A stretch of DNA of 32,000 nt, taken from positions 1,590,001 through 1,622,000 of the forward strand of contig NZ_CP010904.1 of NCBI RefSeq assembly GCF_001017655.1. The letters run 5' to 3'. This document shows, one piece after another, positions 1 through 9,372 of the stretch. Origin of the DNA: Kiritimatiella glycovorans (lineage in GTDB: Bacteria > Verrucomicrobiota > Kiritimatiellia > Kiritimatiellales > Kiritimatiellaceae). Every line of letters starts with the position of its first letter. The first letter of the stretch is position 1. The notes beneath the pieces are model-generated. The model was not told the DNA's origin, searched no databases, and worked only from the letters and a program-made list of their open reading frames with translations. The position numbers were made by a program, and so were the translations under genes.

Positions 1-294
1 AAGACCAAAGCCCGTAACCTGCTCGAACGGCTCGACGAGCACCGCGATGAAGCGCTTGCGTTCATGTACGACTTCAACGTGCCCTTCGACAACAATCAGG
101 CTGAGCGCGATCTGCGCATGATGAAGGTGCAGCAGAAAATCTCGGGCATGTTCCGAACCAAGGATGGCGCCCAAGCCTTCTGCCGCATTCGAAGCTACAT
201 CTCAACCGCCCGCAAGAATGCCGTCGGCGCTATGGATGCGCTGACCCGCCTGTTCAGCGGAAACCCCTTCGTTCCGGCGCTCAATACCTCGTAG
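1..294 (+). CDS. tnpC: IS66-family transposase TnpC, C-terminal part (partial at window edge)
   Basis: Frame 1 is open from nt 1 ([39 protein letters not shown]...). It matches the C-terminus of the 23484..24968 ORF except for two substitutions (K/E and Q/K). Confidence 0.9.
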   Translation, partial: KTKARNLLERLDEHRDEALAFMYDFNVPFDNNQAERDLRMMKVQQKISGMFRTKDGAQAFCRIRSYISTARKNAVGAMDALTRLFSGNPFVPALNTS

Positions 295-529
295 CCTCTG
301 CCGCGGATGAACGGACCTCGCCGATCCTACTCGCACTCGCCCCCTCGCAAATCCAGGCGGAGCCATCCCGACTTGCCGCCATCGTCTCGATCCCGTATAG
401 CCCATCTGGAATCGGCTAACGAGAACGGGCGACGAGAACGGCTCACGAGTTGGAAGCGCCTATCGTCCACCGCTCTCGTCGCCCGTTATCGTCAACCGTC
501 CTCTGGGAGAGGGGTACCTGAGTAGTCAC
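1..529 (+). mobile_element. IS66-family insertion sequence, copy A (right-hand ~530 bp only; the rest lies beyond the window start)
   Basis: 1..529 is a near-identical reverse complement of 23249..23777 (copy B), with only a few substitutions seen. The terminus ...GGGGTACCTGAGTAGTCAC ends at 529. The flank CCTGGCGG (530..537) would be its target-site copy. Confidence 0.9.
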
Positions 530-1280
530 CCTGGCGGTTTATCGTGTAATGGGAAATGGCCTGAAGGTTCGGGCGGTGGCTCAGGGTGTCGCGCTGGATC
601 CAGTCATAATGAAAACCGGCGGCATTCGTGTTTCCTCCCCTGTACAGGGTCTGAAACGTATACCGGAGGACTTCGTCCTCCGGGACCGTATGCCGGTAGT
701 ACTGACGCCCTCCTCCGCTTTCGCCCACGCCGGCATTTTCGGGGTAATTGATATAATGCTGCATTTCCGCGAAGTCCGGGCTTCCGGCCTCGTCGCGCAG
801 ATAGGAGGCGGCAAAACCTCCCCATGCGCTCCGATGATCCACCACAAGGTCCGCCGCTCCCGGAAACGCATTGCTGACGGATATATCCGTACTCCGGATG
901 ACGCCTTTTTCCACTCCGGCATAATAGGGCACGGAGACCTCCCAGACGCCGCGCATCGGCGAAAACCCCGCCGGCCGTCCGGAAGCGTCGACTGTGAGTC
1001 CCGCATTGCGGTTATGCGTTTCGAACACCGCACCGACCTGCCGCTCGTCATCGCCGGGCGCCGCCATAAACCCGAATTCATGCGTCTCGTTGACGCCCCA
1101 CGTCTCATCCGGCGCATAGGTGAGGCTGAGTACATTCGTGGCGGAGGCCCCGGTCGAGAAGTGACCCGTTTCCGGAGAGGTGGAGAGGAATCCCATGTGT
1201 GCCGACGGGATGATCACGCGATCGCTCACGGTGTCGTCCAGTGCACGAAAATCCTGTGAACAGGCCAGCGCGAGCCGCAC
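492..1280 (-). CDS. Hypothetical protein; its 3' end runs into IS66 copy A, and it may be the downstream half of one gene with 1317..1814
   Basis: 262-codon ORF with a GTG start and no visible SD. It is in the same frame as the upstream ORF, separated only by TGA at 1317..1319. The last ~12 codons (below nt 530) are IS-encoded, so the native C-terminus is probably lost. Confidence 0.4.
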   Translation of the reverse strand: MRLALACSQDFRALDDTVSDRVIIPSAHMGFLSTSPETGHFSTGASATNVLSLTYAPDETWGVNETHEFGFMAAPGDDERQVGAVFETHNRNAGLTVDASGRPAGFSPMRGVWEVSVPYYAGVEKGVIRSTDISVSNAFPGAADLVVDHRSAWGGFAASYLRDEAGSPDFAEMQHYINYPENAGVGESGGGRQYYRHTVPEDEVLRYTFQTLYRGGNTNAAGFHYDWIQRDTLSHRPNLQAISHYTINRQGDYSGTPLPEDG

Positions 1281-1316
1281 GGAGGCGACGGGCGAGGTTC
1301 CGCTGAAGTTTCCGAA

Positions 1317-1814
1317 TCACTCCCGCGCCTCGTAGACGAAATTGTCCGATGCGATCCCGTCGTCGTTATGCACGACGTATCCCGTTCCGTCCGAGGCATA
1401 CGTCACGAACCGCACCTTGACATAGAGACGGTCCGCATGGCCGTAGAATCCGAGTTCCGCGAGCCCCGGCCAGGCGCTCCCGTCCTCGGCCCGAAGAACG
1501 ATGTTCACCAGGTGGAACTCGTTGAATACCGGTCCGGTGGCGATCGGATACGCATCCGGGGGGTCCCTGTCGAAGTTGAACGAATACCGGATTCCCGCAT
1601 CCACCAGCGAGAACTCCTTAAGGATCCACTCCGCGTCCCATCCGTCCGGCGAGAATTCGACCGAGGTGGACGGCACGGATCGGTCGTGCCGGATTTGCAG
1701 CGAGTAGGACGGGGTGTCCACCGCGGAATACCCGAGTGCCGTGGTAAAGCGCATATCCTCCGCAGCAGCCGCGAAGACCAGCGAAAGCAGGAGAAAACCC
1801 GCTATCCGACGCAT
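1317..1814 (-). CDS. Secreted hypothetical protein (signal peptide)
   Basis: ATG at 1814 gives MRRIAGFLLLSLVFAAAAED..., a classical signal peptide, preceded by AGGAAA. The longer ORF start at 1940 would overlap the upstream sulfatase gene. Confidence 0.55.
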   Translation of the reverse strand: MRRIAGFLLLSLVFAAAAEDMRFTTALGYSAVDTPSYSLQIRHDRSVPSTSVEFSPDGWDAEWILKEFSLVDAGIRYSFNFDRDPPDAYPIATGPVFNEFHLVNIVLRAEDGSAWPGLAELGFYGHADRLYVKVRFVTYASDGTGYVVHNDDGIASDNFVYEARE

Positions 1815-1843
1815 TTTCCTGCCGGGCCTTTCAGCATTCCACA

Positions 1844-3331
1844 TCATTCGATCTCGACGAGGTGGTGGGGCACGAAATCTTTCGGGTCGGCGGGATACGT
1901 ACGCTGCCAGCCGCGCTCGCCAAAGGCCCCTTCGCCGCACAGGCCTCCGCGCTCCACGATTTTCTCGTCATTGGCGTCCATGATCGAGGCATCGATCTCC
2001 CGGTTCATGATCTCCGAAAGCTCCTCGATCACCCCGCGGCATGCCGGATCGTCAAGCCGGTTCGTGCGGTCGTCCGGATCGTCTTCAAGGTTGTGAAGGG
2101 CCTTCGTGCCGCTGTAATAGCGCGTATACTTCCACGGTTCTCTGACGACCATGTAGCCGAGCGAAGACGCGGCGAAGAGGTAGTCGCGCTCCGTTCCGTC
2201 ATACCCCGGAAGTCCGGGCAGCACTTTGGAGTCGTCGCTCTCGCTGAAAGGCGTTTCGCTGATACGGAGGATGGTGCTGCACAGGTCGGTAAGCGAGACG
2301 ACGGAATCCACCGTACGGGGTTCCGCGAAGTCCGGCATACGGATAAACAGCGGCACATGAATGCTCGGACGCATGAAGTGGCTTTTGCCGACAAAGCCGT
2401 AATCCCCGGCATACTCGCCGTGATCGGCGGCGAAAATGACCACGGTATTCTCGATCCGGCCGGTCCGCTCCAGGGCATCAAGGATGCGCCCGACGCCGAT
2501 ATCGATCTGATGGATCAGGGCGCTGTAGTAGGCCTTGATCCGTTTACGCTGGGGTTCGCTGAACTCGCGGTAGTCTACGCCGTTCCAGTCGAGCCGCATG
2601 CCGGCCAGGAAGGCGTCGCGGAACTGATCCGTGATCTCGTTTTCGGGGATGCTGTCCGGCATGTCTTCGGGGTCGAACTGTTCGGCGATATCCTGCGGGG
2701 GATCGTAGGGGCAGTGCGGTCCGGGGAAGCCCACCATGCAGGCGAACGGCTGGTCTGAGTCGTACGATTCCAGGAACTCGACCGCGCGGTCCGCGCACCA
2801 GATATCCACCTGGTGTTCGAACGGAATACGGCTGGGGGCCGCGCCTTTATGCTCGAAATACCCCGGATTCTCCTTCGCGTGGTACTTCTCGAGACCGTGC
2901 GCCCTGAGGTAGTGCCAGTAGTCGTCCCTGACGAGGTAATGCCGCTTGTCCTCCGCGATACTCCGGTGCAGAAAGCCCTCGCTGATATCCCAGGGATAAA
3001 AATGCATCTTTCCGATCGCCTCGGTCCAGTAGCCGTTGCGGGCGAGCCGTTCCGGCCATGTGGGCATGCCGCACCGGGCGTGGTCCGGCCGGAGCCAGTG
3101 ATCGTTGTGAAAGACGCCCGTCCGGATCGCGTTCCGGCCGGTCAGCATCGAGGCCCGCGCGGGGACGCACAGCGGGGAGGGTGAAAAACAGTGCGAATAC
3201 TTCACGCTTTCCGAACAGAGGCGGTCGATATTCGGGGTCCGCGCGAAATCCGCCCCGTAGCAGCCCAGGTAATCGGCGCGAAGCTGGTCCGGGAACAGCA
3301 GCAGTATGTTGGGTTTTTCAGGTCGGCTCAT
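1844..3331 (-). CDS. Cys-type (formylglycine) sulfatase, no signal peptide
   Basis: N-terminus MSRPEKPNILLLFPDQLRADYLG and sulfatase signature SPLCVPARASMLTGR (C-x-P-x-R). ATGA overlap with the GH65 stop (3328..3331). Confidence 0.85.
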   Translation of the reverse strand: MSRPEKPNILLLFPDQLRADYLGCYGADFARTPNIDRLCSESVKYSHCFSPSPLCVPARASMLTGRNAIRTGVFHNDHWLRPDHARCGMPTWPERLARNGYWTEAIGKMHFYPWDISEGFLHRSIAEDKRHYLVRDDYWHYLRAHGLEKYHAKENPGYFEHKGAAPSRIPFEHQVDIWCADRAVEFLESYDSDQPFACMVGFPGPHCPYDPPQDIAEQFDPEDMPDSIPENEITDQFRDAFLAGMRLDWNGVDYREFSEPQRKRIKAYYSALIHQIDIGVGRILDALERTGRIENTVVIFAADHGEYAGDYGFVGKSHFMRPSIHVPLFIRMPDFAEPRTVDSVVSLTDLCSTILRISETPFSESDDSKVLPGLPGYDGTERDYLFAASSLGYMVVREPWKYTRYYSGTKALHNLEDDPDDRTNRLDDPACRGVIEELSEIMNREIDASIMDANDEKIVERGGLCGEGAFGERGWQRTYPADPKDFVPHHLVEIE

Positions 3332-5658
3332 GATGTATTCTCCGGTTTCCGCTCAAAACGGTATTCGCCGTCTCCCTCGATCCACTCCGTGACGCCGCCC
3401 GAACTCAGCCGCAGACCGGGTGAGCGGCGGACCCGCACGCGGACCTCTTCCGGCGCGCAGCGCACGACGATTTCCGCGCCGCGCACGCGCAGCGTGAATG
3501 CGACGGCTTTCCATCCCTCCGGCAGGCGCGGATCAATCTGCAGACCGTCCGGGGTGACACGCGCGCCTGCAAAACCCTGTACCACCCCGCTGTACGCCCC
3601 GCCGTGACAGGCGGTGTGGAGTCCTCCGGCGGTCTCTTCCTTGATGTCCTCCAGGTCCATGGCGGCACCCAGCCGGAACAGGGCCTTCGCGCGTTTGAGC
3701 CGGCCGGCGCGGACGGCGACCGCGGCGCATACCCCGGGGGAGAGCGAAGAAAACTGGAGCGTGCGGAGGTCGTAATAGTCAAACGTCGCGCGAACCGTGT
3801 CCCCGTCGAAGGCATCCGGCTCGAGGAGCATCGGCAGGATCGCGTCGGCCTGCTTGATGAGCCGGGTCCGGGTGGCATGCGCCTGAAGCGCATCCTGTCG
3901 CTCGGCGTCCGGAAGCCCCCGGCCGACCGAGGGGTCGGGGTAGCGGGGCAGACCCGCTTCGCTGTACTCCTTCAGCGGGAGGTCTTCGAGGTTGAAATAG
4001 CCCGCAAACTGCTCGATCACGCCGTCCTTCGCGCGGGGGACATGGAGTCCGGATGCGATGTCGCGAAACGTATCCAGTTCGTCATCCCCGAGTCCGGACG
4101 CGTCCCGAACCTCGTCGCGATGTTTCGGCGGCGCGCCGTCCCACCACGAGAAGAAGCGTTCGAAGACCCTCTTCGTGAGAAAGTTCGTGTGAAAGTTGTC
4201 GTCCACCCCGGTGTGATACTCATCGGGTCCCATCACGTTCCGGATGTGATACGCTCCCGCGTCGGGTCCCTGCCGCCGGGACAGGAAGCTCTTCCAGAAA
4301 CGCAGCGACTCGACAATCAGCGGCATGAGCCGCGTGCGCAGAAAGGCCTCGTCTCCCGTCTGCTCCGCATAGCGGAAGCAGGCCCAGGCGACGTCCGAGA
4401 CGATATGGCGCTGATCCAGGATATCGCGACGCAGGGCGCGTCCGTCGTCGGTTACGATCTGGCGGATGCCCTCATTCCCGAGTTCATCGGACTGCCATGG
4501 CCAGAGGCACCCCTCGAACCCCTGTTCCCGCGCCCGGCGGCACGCCGCATCGAGCGTGCGCGCCCGGAATGAGAGGATATTGCGGGCGACGGCGGGGGCG
4601 GTATTGAGATAGAACGGCAGCAGAAAGATCTCGGTGTCCCAGAAATAATGGCCCCCGTAGTGCTCGGTCGAAAGCCCCTTGGCCCCGATCGAAAAGTCGT
4701 CCCGGTCTTCGGCCCCGAGCCCGAGAAGCTGGAAGATATTATAGCGGATCAATCGCTGCGCGTCCTCATCGCCCTCGATCGTCACATCCGCCGACGCCCA
4801 CTTTTGGCCGAGGGCGGATGCGGACCGCGCGAGTTCTCCGTCGAATCCGGCGTGCTTCATACGCGCCAGGACGAGATCCGCATCTTCAGCCAGCAGCTCC
4901 GGATCCTTCCGCCGGGCGTCGTCGACCACCGCGTATTTGACGACCGTGGCCGGCCGGCCGGCGGTGACGTCCAGCTCGACCGACTCCGCCACCTTTTCAC
5001 AGAAAATCTTTCGTTCGCGTCGGAGGACCGGGGTTTCAGCGCCGAGGAAGGTCGCGAACTCAACATGCGTCCCGCGGTCGCGAAGCGCGAGGCGGGCGTG
5101 AAAGTCCTCCTCGTACGGATCGTTGAAGCCGACGAGGTTGAAGTGCCGGATCTGTTCGTCGTACCGGTATCCGCCTTCGCGGCTGGGAAGATACGCGTCA
5201 AAAACGGTCTCCACGCGCACCGGCCCCGAATAGTTCTCAAAGGTGAACGTCAGTTCGGCCGCGGCGGCGCGGGGATCGTCGAAGCTGAGGAAACGCCGGC
5301 TTTCGAGCGCGACCCGCACCCCGTCGGGCGACTTGAGGATGCAGCTGCGCCGCAGCAGTCCGCCCCGCATATCCAGCTCCCGCCGGTAATCGTGCACGGT
5401 GCAGGTGTGCGGTCCGAATCGGGTATCCCCGCAGGCGAGCCGAAGCGTCAGGGGGTCGGGAAAGGTGACGATCTCCGGGGCCAGGGCCTCGGACCGGTCG
5501 AAGAGTCCGGCGATATACAGCCCGGGATTCGCCTCCGCAGCTCCCTCGTCCTCTGCGCCCCGCAGTCCCATGCGGGTGTTGCTGAGCGTGAAAAGCGAGG
5601 CGCGGAAGGCTGCGGCGTCGGGATCATACCCCCCTGCGTTAACGGTCCACTCACTCAT
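3328..5658 (-). CDS. Glycoside hydrolase family 65 protein (hydrolase or phosphorylase)
   Basis: GH65-type catalytic region EHYGGHYFWDTEIFLLPFY and a size of ~776 aa. Start chosen at ATG 5658 (MSEWTVNAGGYDP...), 5 nt after the upstream stop. The 56 extra codons in the ORF track overlap the ADH gene and are R/P-rich. Confidence 0.75.
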   Translation of the reverse strand: MSEWTVNAGGYDPDAAAFRASLFTLSNTRMGLRGAEDEGAAEANPGLYIAGLFDRSEALAPEIVTFPDPLTLRLACGDTRFGPHTCTVHDYRRELDMRGGLLRRSCILKSPDGVRVALESRRFLSFDDPRAAAAELTFTFENYSGPVRVETVFDAYLPSREGGYRYDEQIRHFNLVGFNDPYEEDFHARLALRDRGTHVEFATFLGAETPVLRRERKIFCEKVAESVELDVTAGRPATVVKYAVVDDARRKDPELLAEDADLVLARMKHAGFDGELARSASALGQKWASADVTIEGDEDAQRLIRYNIFQLLGLGAEDRDDFSIGAKGLSTEHYGGHYFWDTEIFLLPFYLNTAPAVARNILSFRARTLDAACRRAREQGFEGCLWPWQSDELGNEGIRQIVTDDGRALRRDILDQRHIVSDVAWACFRYAEQTGDEAFLRTRLMPLIVESLRFWKSFLSRRQGPDAGAYHIRNVMGPDEYHTGVDDNFHTNFLTKRVFERFFSWWDGAPPKHRDEVRDASGLGDDELDTFRDIASGLHVPRAKDGVIEQFAGYFNLEDLPLKEYSEAGLPRYPDPSVGRGLPDAERQDALQAHATRTRLIKQADAILPMLLEPDAFDGDTVRATFDYYDLRTLQFSSLSPGVCAAVAVRAGRLKRAKALFRLGAAMDLEDIKEETAGGLHTACHGGAYSGVVQGFAGARVTPDGLQIDPRLPEGWKAVAFTLRVRGAEIVVRCAPEEVRVRVRRSPGLRLSSGGVTEWIEGDGEYRFERKPENTS

Positions 5659-5663
5659 GGCCT

Positions 5664-6668
5664 TCAGGTTCCGAATTCCACAAGCACCTTGCGGATGTGT
5701 TCCTTCCGGGCGCGGATGCGCTCGATCATATCGGGTACGTCGTCGAGCCTGATGCGGTGGGTAATCAGATCGTCGAAGTCGATTATGCCGTTTTCCACGA
5801 GGGCGAGCGACTTGATGTGCGCCCATTCGGTGTAGTCGTAATGGTGGCCCGCCGAATAGACCGCCAGCGCCTTCTCATGGATCCAGAAAAAGTTGCCGTC
5901 CGGGACCGGTTCGGTGGGTACGCCGAACATCCCCACCCTGCCGAGCCGGCGGGGGAGGCGGCTCATGAGATTGATCGTGTCCGGCTCCCCGCAGGCATCG
6001 ATGCAGACATCCACGCCCTCGCCGTCCGTCAGGCTTTCGATGCGCGCCACGGGATCTTCGCCGTACGGGTCGATCACGGCGTCCGCGCCCTGCTCCAGGG
6101 CGTACTGCCGCCGGTCGGCGATCGGTTCGACCACGAACAGCCGGGCCGCGCCGGCGGCGCGGATCATCCTGCGGAAATAATTTCCGGCACCGCCGTGACC
6201 GAGCAGACACACGGTATCGCCGAGACGGACCACCTGCTCGACCATCAGCCACACGGCGGCGGCCATCTCGAGCAGCGCACCGTCTTCCACGGACATCGCC
6301 GGCGGGATTTTCAGGTAGTCGCGGTCGATGACCACGTAGTCGGCGAACCCCCCGGAGGCGAACCATCCGCGCACGGAAAGCCGGTCGCCGATATCCACGT
6401 CGTCGACCTCGCTTCCCTTGCGCACCACCGAACCGCAGATCTCGTGACCGAGGATGTAGGGGTCGGTCGAGGTGTTCGTGCCCGGCGGGCCGTTATGGAC
6501 CTCGGCGCCGTCCATCAGATGCTTATCCGTGAGATTGCATATAGAGGTGGCCTCATTTTTGAGAAGAATGCACTTTTCGCTCCAGAACTCGGGCACCGGA
6601 ACCTTGCGCACCTCCAGCTGACCCGGGGCGGTAACCATCGCGGCCTTCATCGTTTCGGGAATTTGCAT
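5664..6668 (-). CDS. Zn-dependent medium-chain dehydrogenase/reductase (sorbitol/threonine dehydrogenase-like)
   Basis: GHEICGSVV zinc-ligand motif and LLGHGGAGNY Rossmann motif. Strong SD GAGGAGGAAGG lies before ATG 6668. The TAATG junction overlaps the upstream gene by one nt. Confidence 0.8.
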   Translation of the reverse strand: MQIPETMKAAMVTAPGQLEVRKVPVPEFWSEKCILLKNEATSICNLTDKHLMDGAEVHNGPPGTNTSTDPYILGHEICGSVVRKGSEVDDVDIGDRLSVRGWFASGGFADYVVIDRDYLKIPPAMSVEDGALLEMAAAVWLMVEQVVRLGDTVCLLGHGGAGNYFRRMIRAAGAARLFVVEPIADRRQYALEQGADAVIDPYGEDPVARIESLTDGEGVDVCIDACGEPDTINLMSRLPRRLGRVGMFGVPTEPVPDGNFFWIHEKALAVYSAGHHYDYTEWAHIKSLALVENGIIDFDDLITHRIRLDDVPDMIERIRARKEHIRKVLVEFGT

Positions 6669-7645
6669 TATCCTTCCTCCTCGCTGGTAATTCTGACCTT
6701 GATTACGTGATTGATATCCCGGGCGTAGGTCTCAAACGCCTCGTTGATCTCCGAAAGCGGATAGGTGTGAGTGATGAACCGGTCGACGCGGATGCGGCGT
6801 TCGGCCAGCAGCTGCAGGGCGCGTTCGAACGAAAAACGGTCCGTGCGGTCCTTGAAGCTCCCGTACGAGAGCAGGGTGTGCCCCTTGTCGTGCATCCGCA
6901 TGAATACGTACCGGACCGGCTCGGCCACCACGCCGAACTGGATGATCGTGGCCCCGTAAGGCCGCGTCACCCGCGGGGCCAGCTCCGCGGCCGCGGCCCG
7001 GCCCGAAGCCTCGATCACCACATCCCCGCCACGCCCGCCCGTCGCCGCCATCACCTGCCCGGGCAGATCCTCGCAGGCGGGATCCAGGGCCTCGTCGGCC
7101 CCCAGCTCCAGGGCGAGCTTCCGCTTCATCGGGCTGGGGTCCGTCACGACGACCCGTGACGCGCCGGAGAGCCGGCAGAACTGGGTATAGAGGAGACCGG
7201 CCGGTCCCTGCCCGAGAACGACGGCTGTGTCGCCGGGAACGATGCGCCCGAGCGCCATGTGCGTCACCTTGTAGGTCAGTTCGCCCAGCGAGGCCTCTTC
7301 CCAGGTCAGTGCCTCCGGCACCGGAAGCACACGATCCTCCGGCACGCAGACGTATCCCGCATACGACCCCCAGGCATCGATCGTCACCCGGTCACCCGGC
7401 GCGAACCGCGTGACGCGCGAACCCGTGCGCTCAACCGTCCCCGCCATCTCGTGGCCGAGGATGCTGTTCATCCCCTCTTTCCGGATGCCGGCGATCACCT
7501 CGCTGTCCGTCGCACTGCACAGCGTGTTGATCCGCACCCGGATCAGGACCTCGTTCTCCGCCGGCTCCGGAACAGGGACCCGTTCTATCGAGAGTCGTCC
7601 CGGCTCACGAAGAACAGCGGCCGTCATGGTTCGTTCTTCCGTCAT
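6668..7645 (-). CDS. Zn-dependent medium-chain dehydrogenase/reductase (second paralogue)
   Basis: GHEMAGTVE and VLGQGPAGLL motifs. The true start may be ATG 7627 (MTAAVLREPG) rather than 7645. Confidence 0.8.
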   Translation of the reverse strand: MTEERTMTAAVLREPGRLSIERVPVPEPAENEVLIRVRINTLCSATDSEVIAGIRKEGMNSILGHEMAGTVERTGSRVTRFAPGDRVTIDAWGSYAGYVCVPEDRVLPVPEALTWEEASLGELTYKVTHMALGRIVPGDTAVVLGQGPAGLLYTQFCRLSGASRVVVTDPSPMKRKLALELGADEALDPACEDLPGQVMAATGGRGGDVVIEASGRAAAAELAPRVTRPYGATIIQFGVVAEPVRYVFMRMHDKGHTLLSYGSFKDRTDRFSFERALQLLAERRIRVDRFITHTYPLSEINEAFETYARDINHVIKVRITSEEEG

Positions 7646-7689
7646 AGTGTTCAGCTCTTTTCCGTATCTTTTAACGGTCAGGTAAGGGC

Positions 7690-7718
7690 ATTATTCCGTA
7701 AAGGCGCGGTGCGATCAA
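7690..7718 (-). promoter_or_regulatory. Candidate sigma70-like promoter of the ADH-ADH-GH65-sulfatase operon
   Basis: The minus strand reads TTGATC-N17-AATAAT (-35 at 7718..7713, -10 at 7695..7690), about 45 nt upstream of the first ATG. Promoter consensus for this phylum is uncertain. Confidence 0.3.
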
Positions 7719-7740
7719 GAGAATGGATAAAATAATTGCA

Positions 7741-9223
7741 TCACTAGCATCCCATTCGCGAAGGACGAAAATTGTAATGGCTGACTGACTGGCTACAATC
7801 TTCTTCAGAGTCTAACCCAAAGGAGATTGCGTGATGCCAGCCAGTCGAGCCGGGAGTAAGCGTGCCATTTTTCGCCAGGTCTGTGAACTCATTCCGCCGC
7901 ACCTTGTGCCGAAACTTGCGCGCAAGCACGGGATCAAGTCGAGGGGCATCACGCCCTGGAGCCATCTGGTGAGCATGCTCTATGCGCAGTTCACCCATGC
8001 GATCGGGCTGAACGACGTGGTGGACGTGCTGCGCGCCCATCGGGCGCCGATGGCCAGCATCCGTGGCGCCAAGCCACCGAGCCGCAACGGGCTCTCGCAC
8101 GCGAACAAGACCCGCGATCCGAAAATGGCCGAGGAGCTTTTCTGGTCGGTGCTCGAGTACTTCGAGACGTTGCGACCGGGGTTCGGTGGCGTGAAGTTCC
8201 GCCGACTGCCGAGGCGCTTCAAACGAACGGTGTATGCCCTGGACTCCACGACGATCAAGCTGTTCGCCAACTGCATGGACTGGGCGAAGCACCGGCGGCG
8301 CAAGGCGGCCGCGAAGCTGCACCTGCGGCTGAACCTGGAGAGCTTCCTGCCGGCCTTCGCGATTGTCGACTCGGCCAGGGGGCACGACAGCACCAAGGCG
8401 CACGAGTTGTGCGCAGGCCTCAAGGCGGGTGAAATCGCCGTGTTTGACATGGCCTACATCGACTATACGCATCTGTTCAGACTGGCCGAGCGGGGTATCT
8501 TCTGGGTGAGCCGCGTGAAAGAAAGCATGAACTTGCGCTGCGTGAAGCGGCTGGTGAAGAAGCCCGCGGGGCGCATCCTGCGTGACGATCTCGTGCTCGT
8601 TCAGAATCCCGGTAAGCGAAAGGACTATCCGAAGCGCATGCGCCGGATCGTGGCCCGCATCGAGATCAACGGCGAGGATCGGATAATGACCTTCTTTACG
8701 AACAACTTCGAGTGGGCGGCCTCGAGCATCTGTGATCTGTACAAGGCGCGATGGAACATCGAAACCTTCTTCAAACAGATCAAGCAGACGCTGCACCTGG
8801 GCGACTTCCTCGGGCACAACCGCAAGGCGATTGAGTGGCAGCTCTGGACGGCGCTGCTGATGTACGTGTTGCTCCGCTTTCTGCATACCTGCAGCGATTG
8901 GGCGCACAGCTTTACGCGGTTGTTTACCTGCCTGCGCGCGGTTCTGTGGCAACGGCTTCATCTGCTCGCTTATTTGAAATCCTATGGGACAGCACAGGGC
9001 AGCTTCCGGATGCAATGGGCCCCACAACAAGCCTATTTGCCCGGATTAGGGTTGTCCCCTCTCTGAGATGTGGGACAGCATCGGGCGCATTTAAAAACAG
9101 GGGCATCCTTGATCGCGAAAATTATCAAATGAAACATAGCTCGGAGAAAAAGTGCGACCCTTGCAGGGCAAGGGGTTACGTAAGTCCTGTGCCCCGATAT
9201 GGGGCCTTATGGGATGCTACTGA
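7741..9223 (+). mobile_element. IS4-family insertion sequence (about 1.48 kb)
   Basis: Terminal inverted repeats TCACTAGCATCCCAT (7741..7755) and, read inward from 9223, TCAGTAGCATCCCAT (14 of 15 match). Direct repeat AATTGCA at 7734..7740 and 9224..9230; it could be 8 bp (AATTGCAT), so the boundary is ambiguous by 1 nt. One transposase ORF inside. Confidence 0.85.
7831..9066 (+). CDS. IS4-family DDE transposase
   Basis: C-terminal YKARWNIETFFKQIKQTLHL (the Y-R-E-K signature of IS4/IS5 DDE_Tnp_1), plus DSTTIKL and AVFDMAYIDY acidic-residue regions. AGGAG lies before GTG 7831 / ATG 7834. Confidence 0.9.
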   Translation: MMPASRAGSKRAIFRQVCELIPPHLVPKLARKHGIKSRGITPWSHLVSMLYAQFTHAIGLNDVVDVLRAHRAPMASIRGAKPPSRNGLSHANKTRDPKMAEELFWSVLEYFETLRPGFGGVKFRRLPRRFKRTVYALDSTTIKLFANCMDWAKHRRRKAAAKLHLRLNLESFLPAFAIVDSARGHDSTKAHELCAGLKAGEIAVFDMAYIDYTHLFRLAERGIFWVSRVKESMNLRCVKRLVKKPAGRILRDDLVLVQNPGKRKDYPKRMRRIVARIEINGEDRIMTFFTNNFEWAASSICDLYKARWNIETFFKQIKQTLHLGDFLGHNRKAIEWQLWTALLMYVLLRFLHTCSDWAHSFTRLFTCLRAVLWQRLHLLAYLKSYGTAQGSFRMQWAPQQAYLPGLGLSPL

Positions 9224-9372
9224 AATTGCATTATGTTTTCCGGCGTTTCAGCGACAAAGATAACCCGTGATCGCGTACGAACCTCCGATTCGATTGCGTA
9301 CGGCGTTCCAACCCGAACAAGGCTGTAATTTTTTGTGGTGCAAATCGCTTCCACTGTGCTAAATACGCGTTC

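Noticed and set aside
1317-1319. In-frame TGA as a selenocysteine or programmed read-through codon
   Set aside because: I see no SECIS-like hairpin immediately downstream, and the context (ARE-TGA-FGN) is not a redox motif. A nonsense mutation or two separate genes is more parsimonious.
5659-5826. 56-codon N-terminal extension of the GH65 ORF (and, similarly, 27897..28061 for the sulfatase and 1815..1940 for the secreted protein)
   Set aside because: The extensions overlap the 3' ends of upstream genes and are R/P/H-rich. Internal ATGs give sensible N-termini (signal peptides or conserved starts) with SD-like sequences and tight operon spacing.
7662-7677. CCGTATCTTTTAACGG as a LacI-family operator in the operon leader
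   Set aside because: Only the outer 4 bp of each arm are complementary, and there is no central CG-type LacI half-site symmetry. That is too weak to call. The CGTACG repeats at 9283..9312 are equally unconvincing.
7744-9030. 428-aa ORF antisense to the IS4-family transposase
   Set aside because: The plus-strand frame carries the diagnostic DDE / YKARWNIETFFK motifs. The antisense frame has no recognisable motif and a low-complexity composition.
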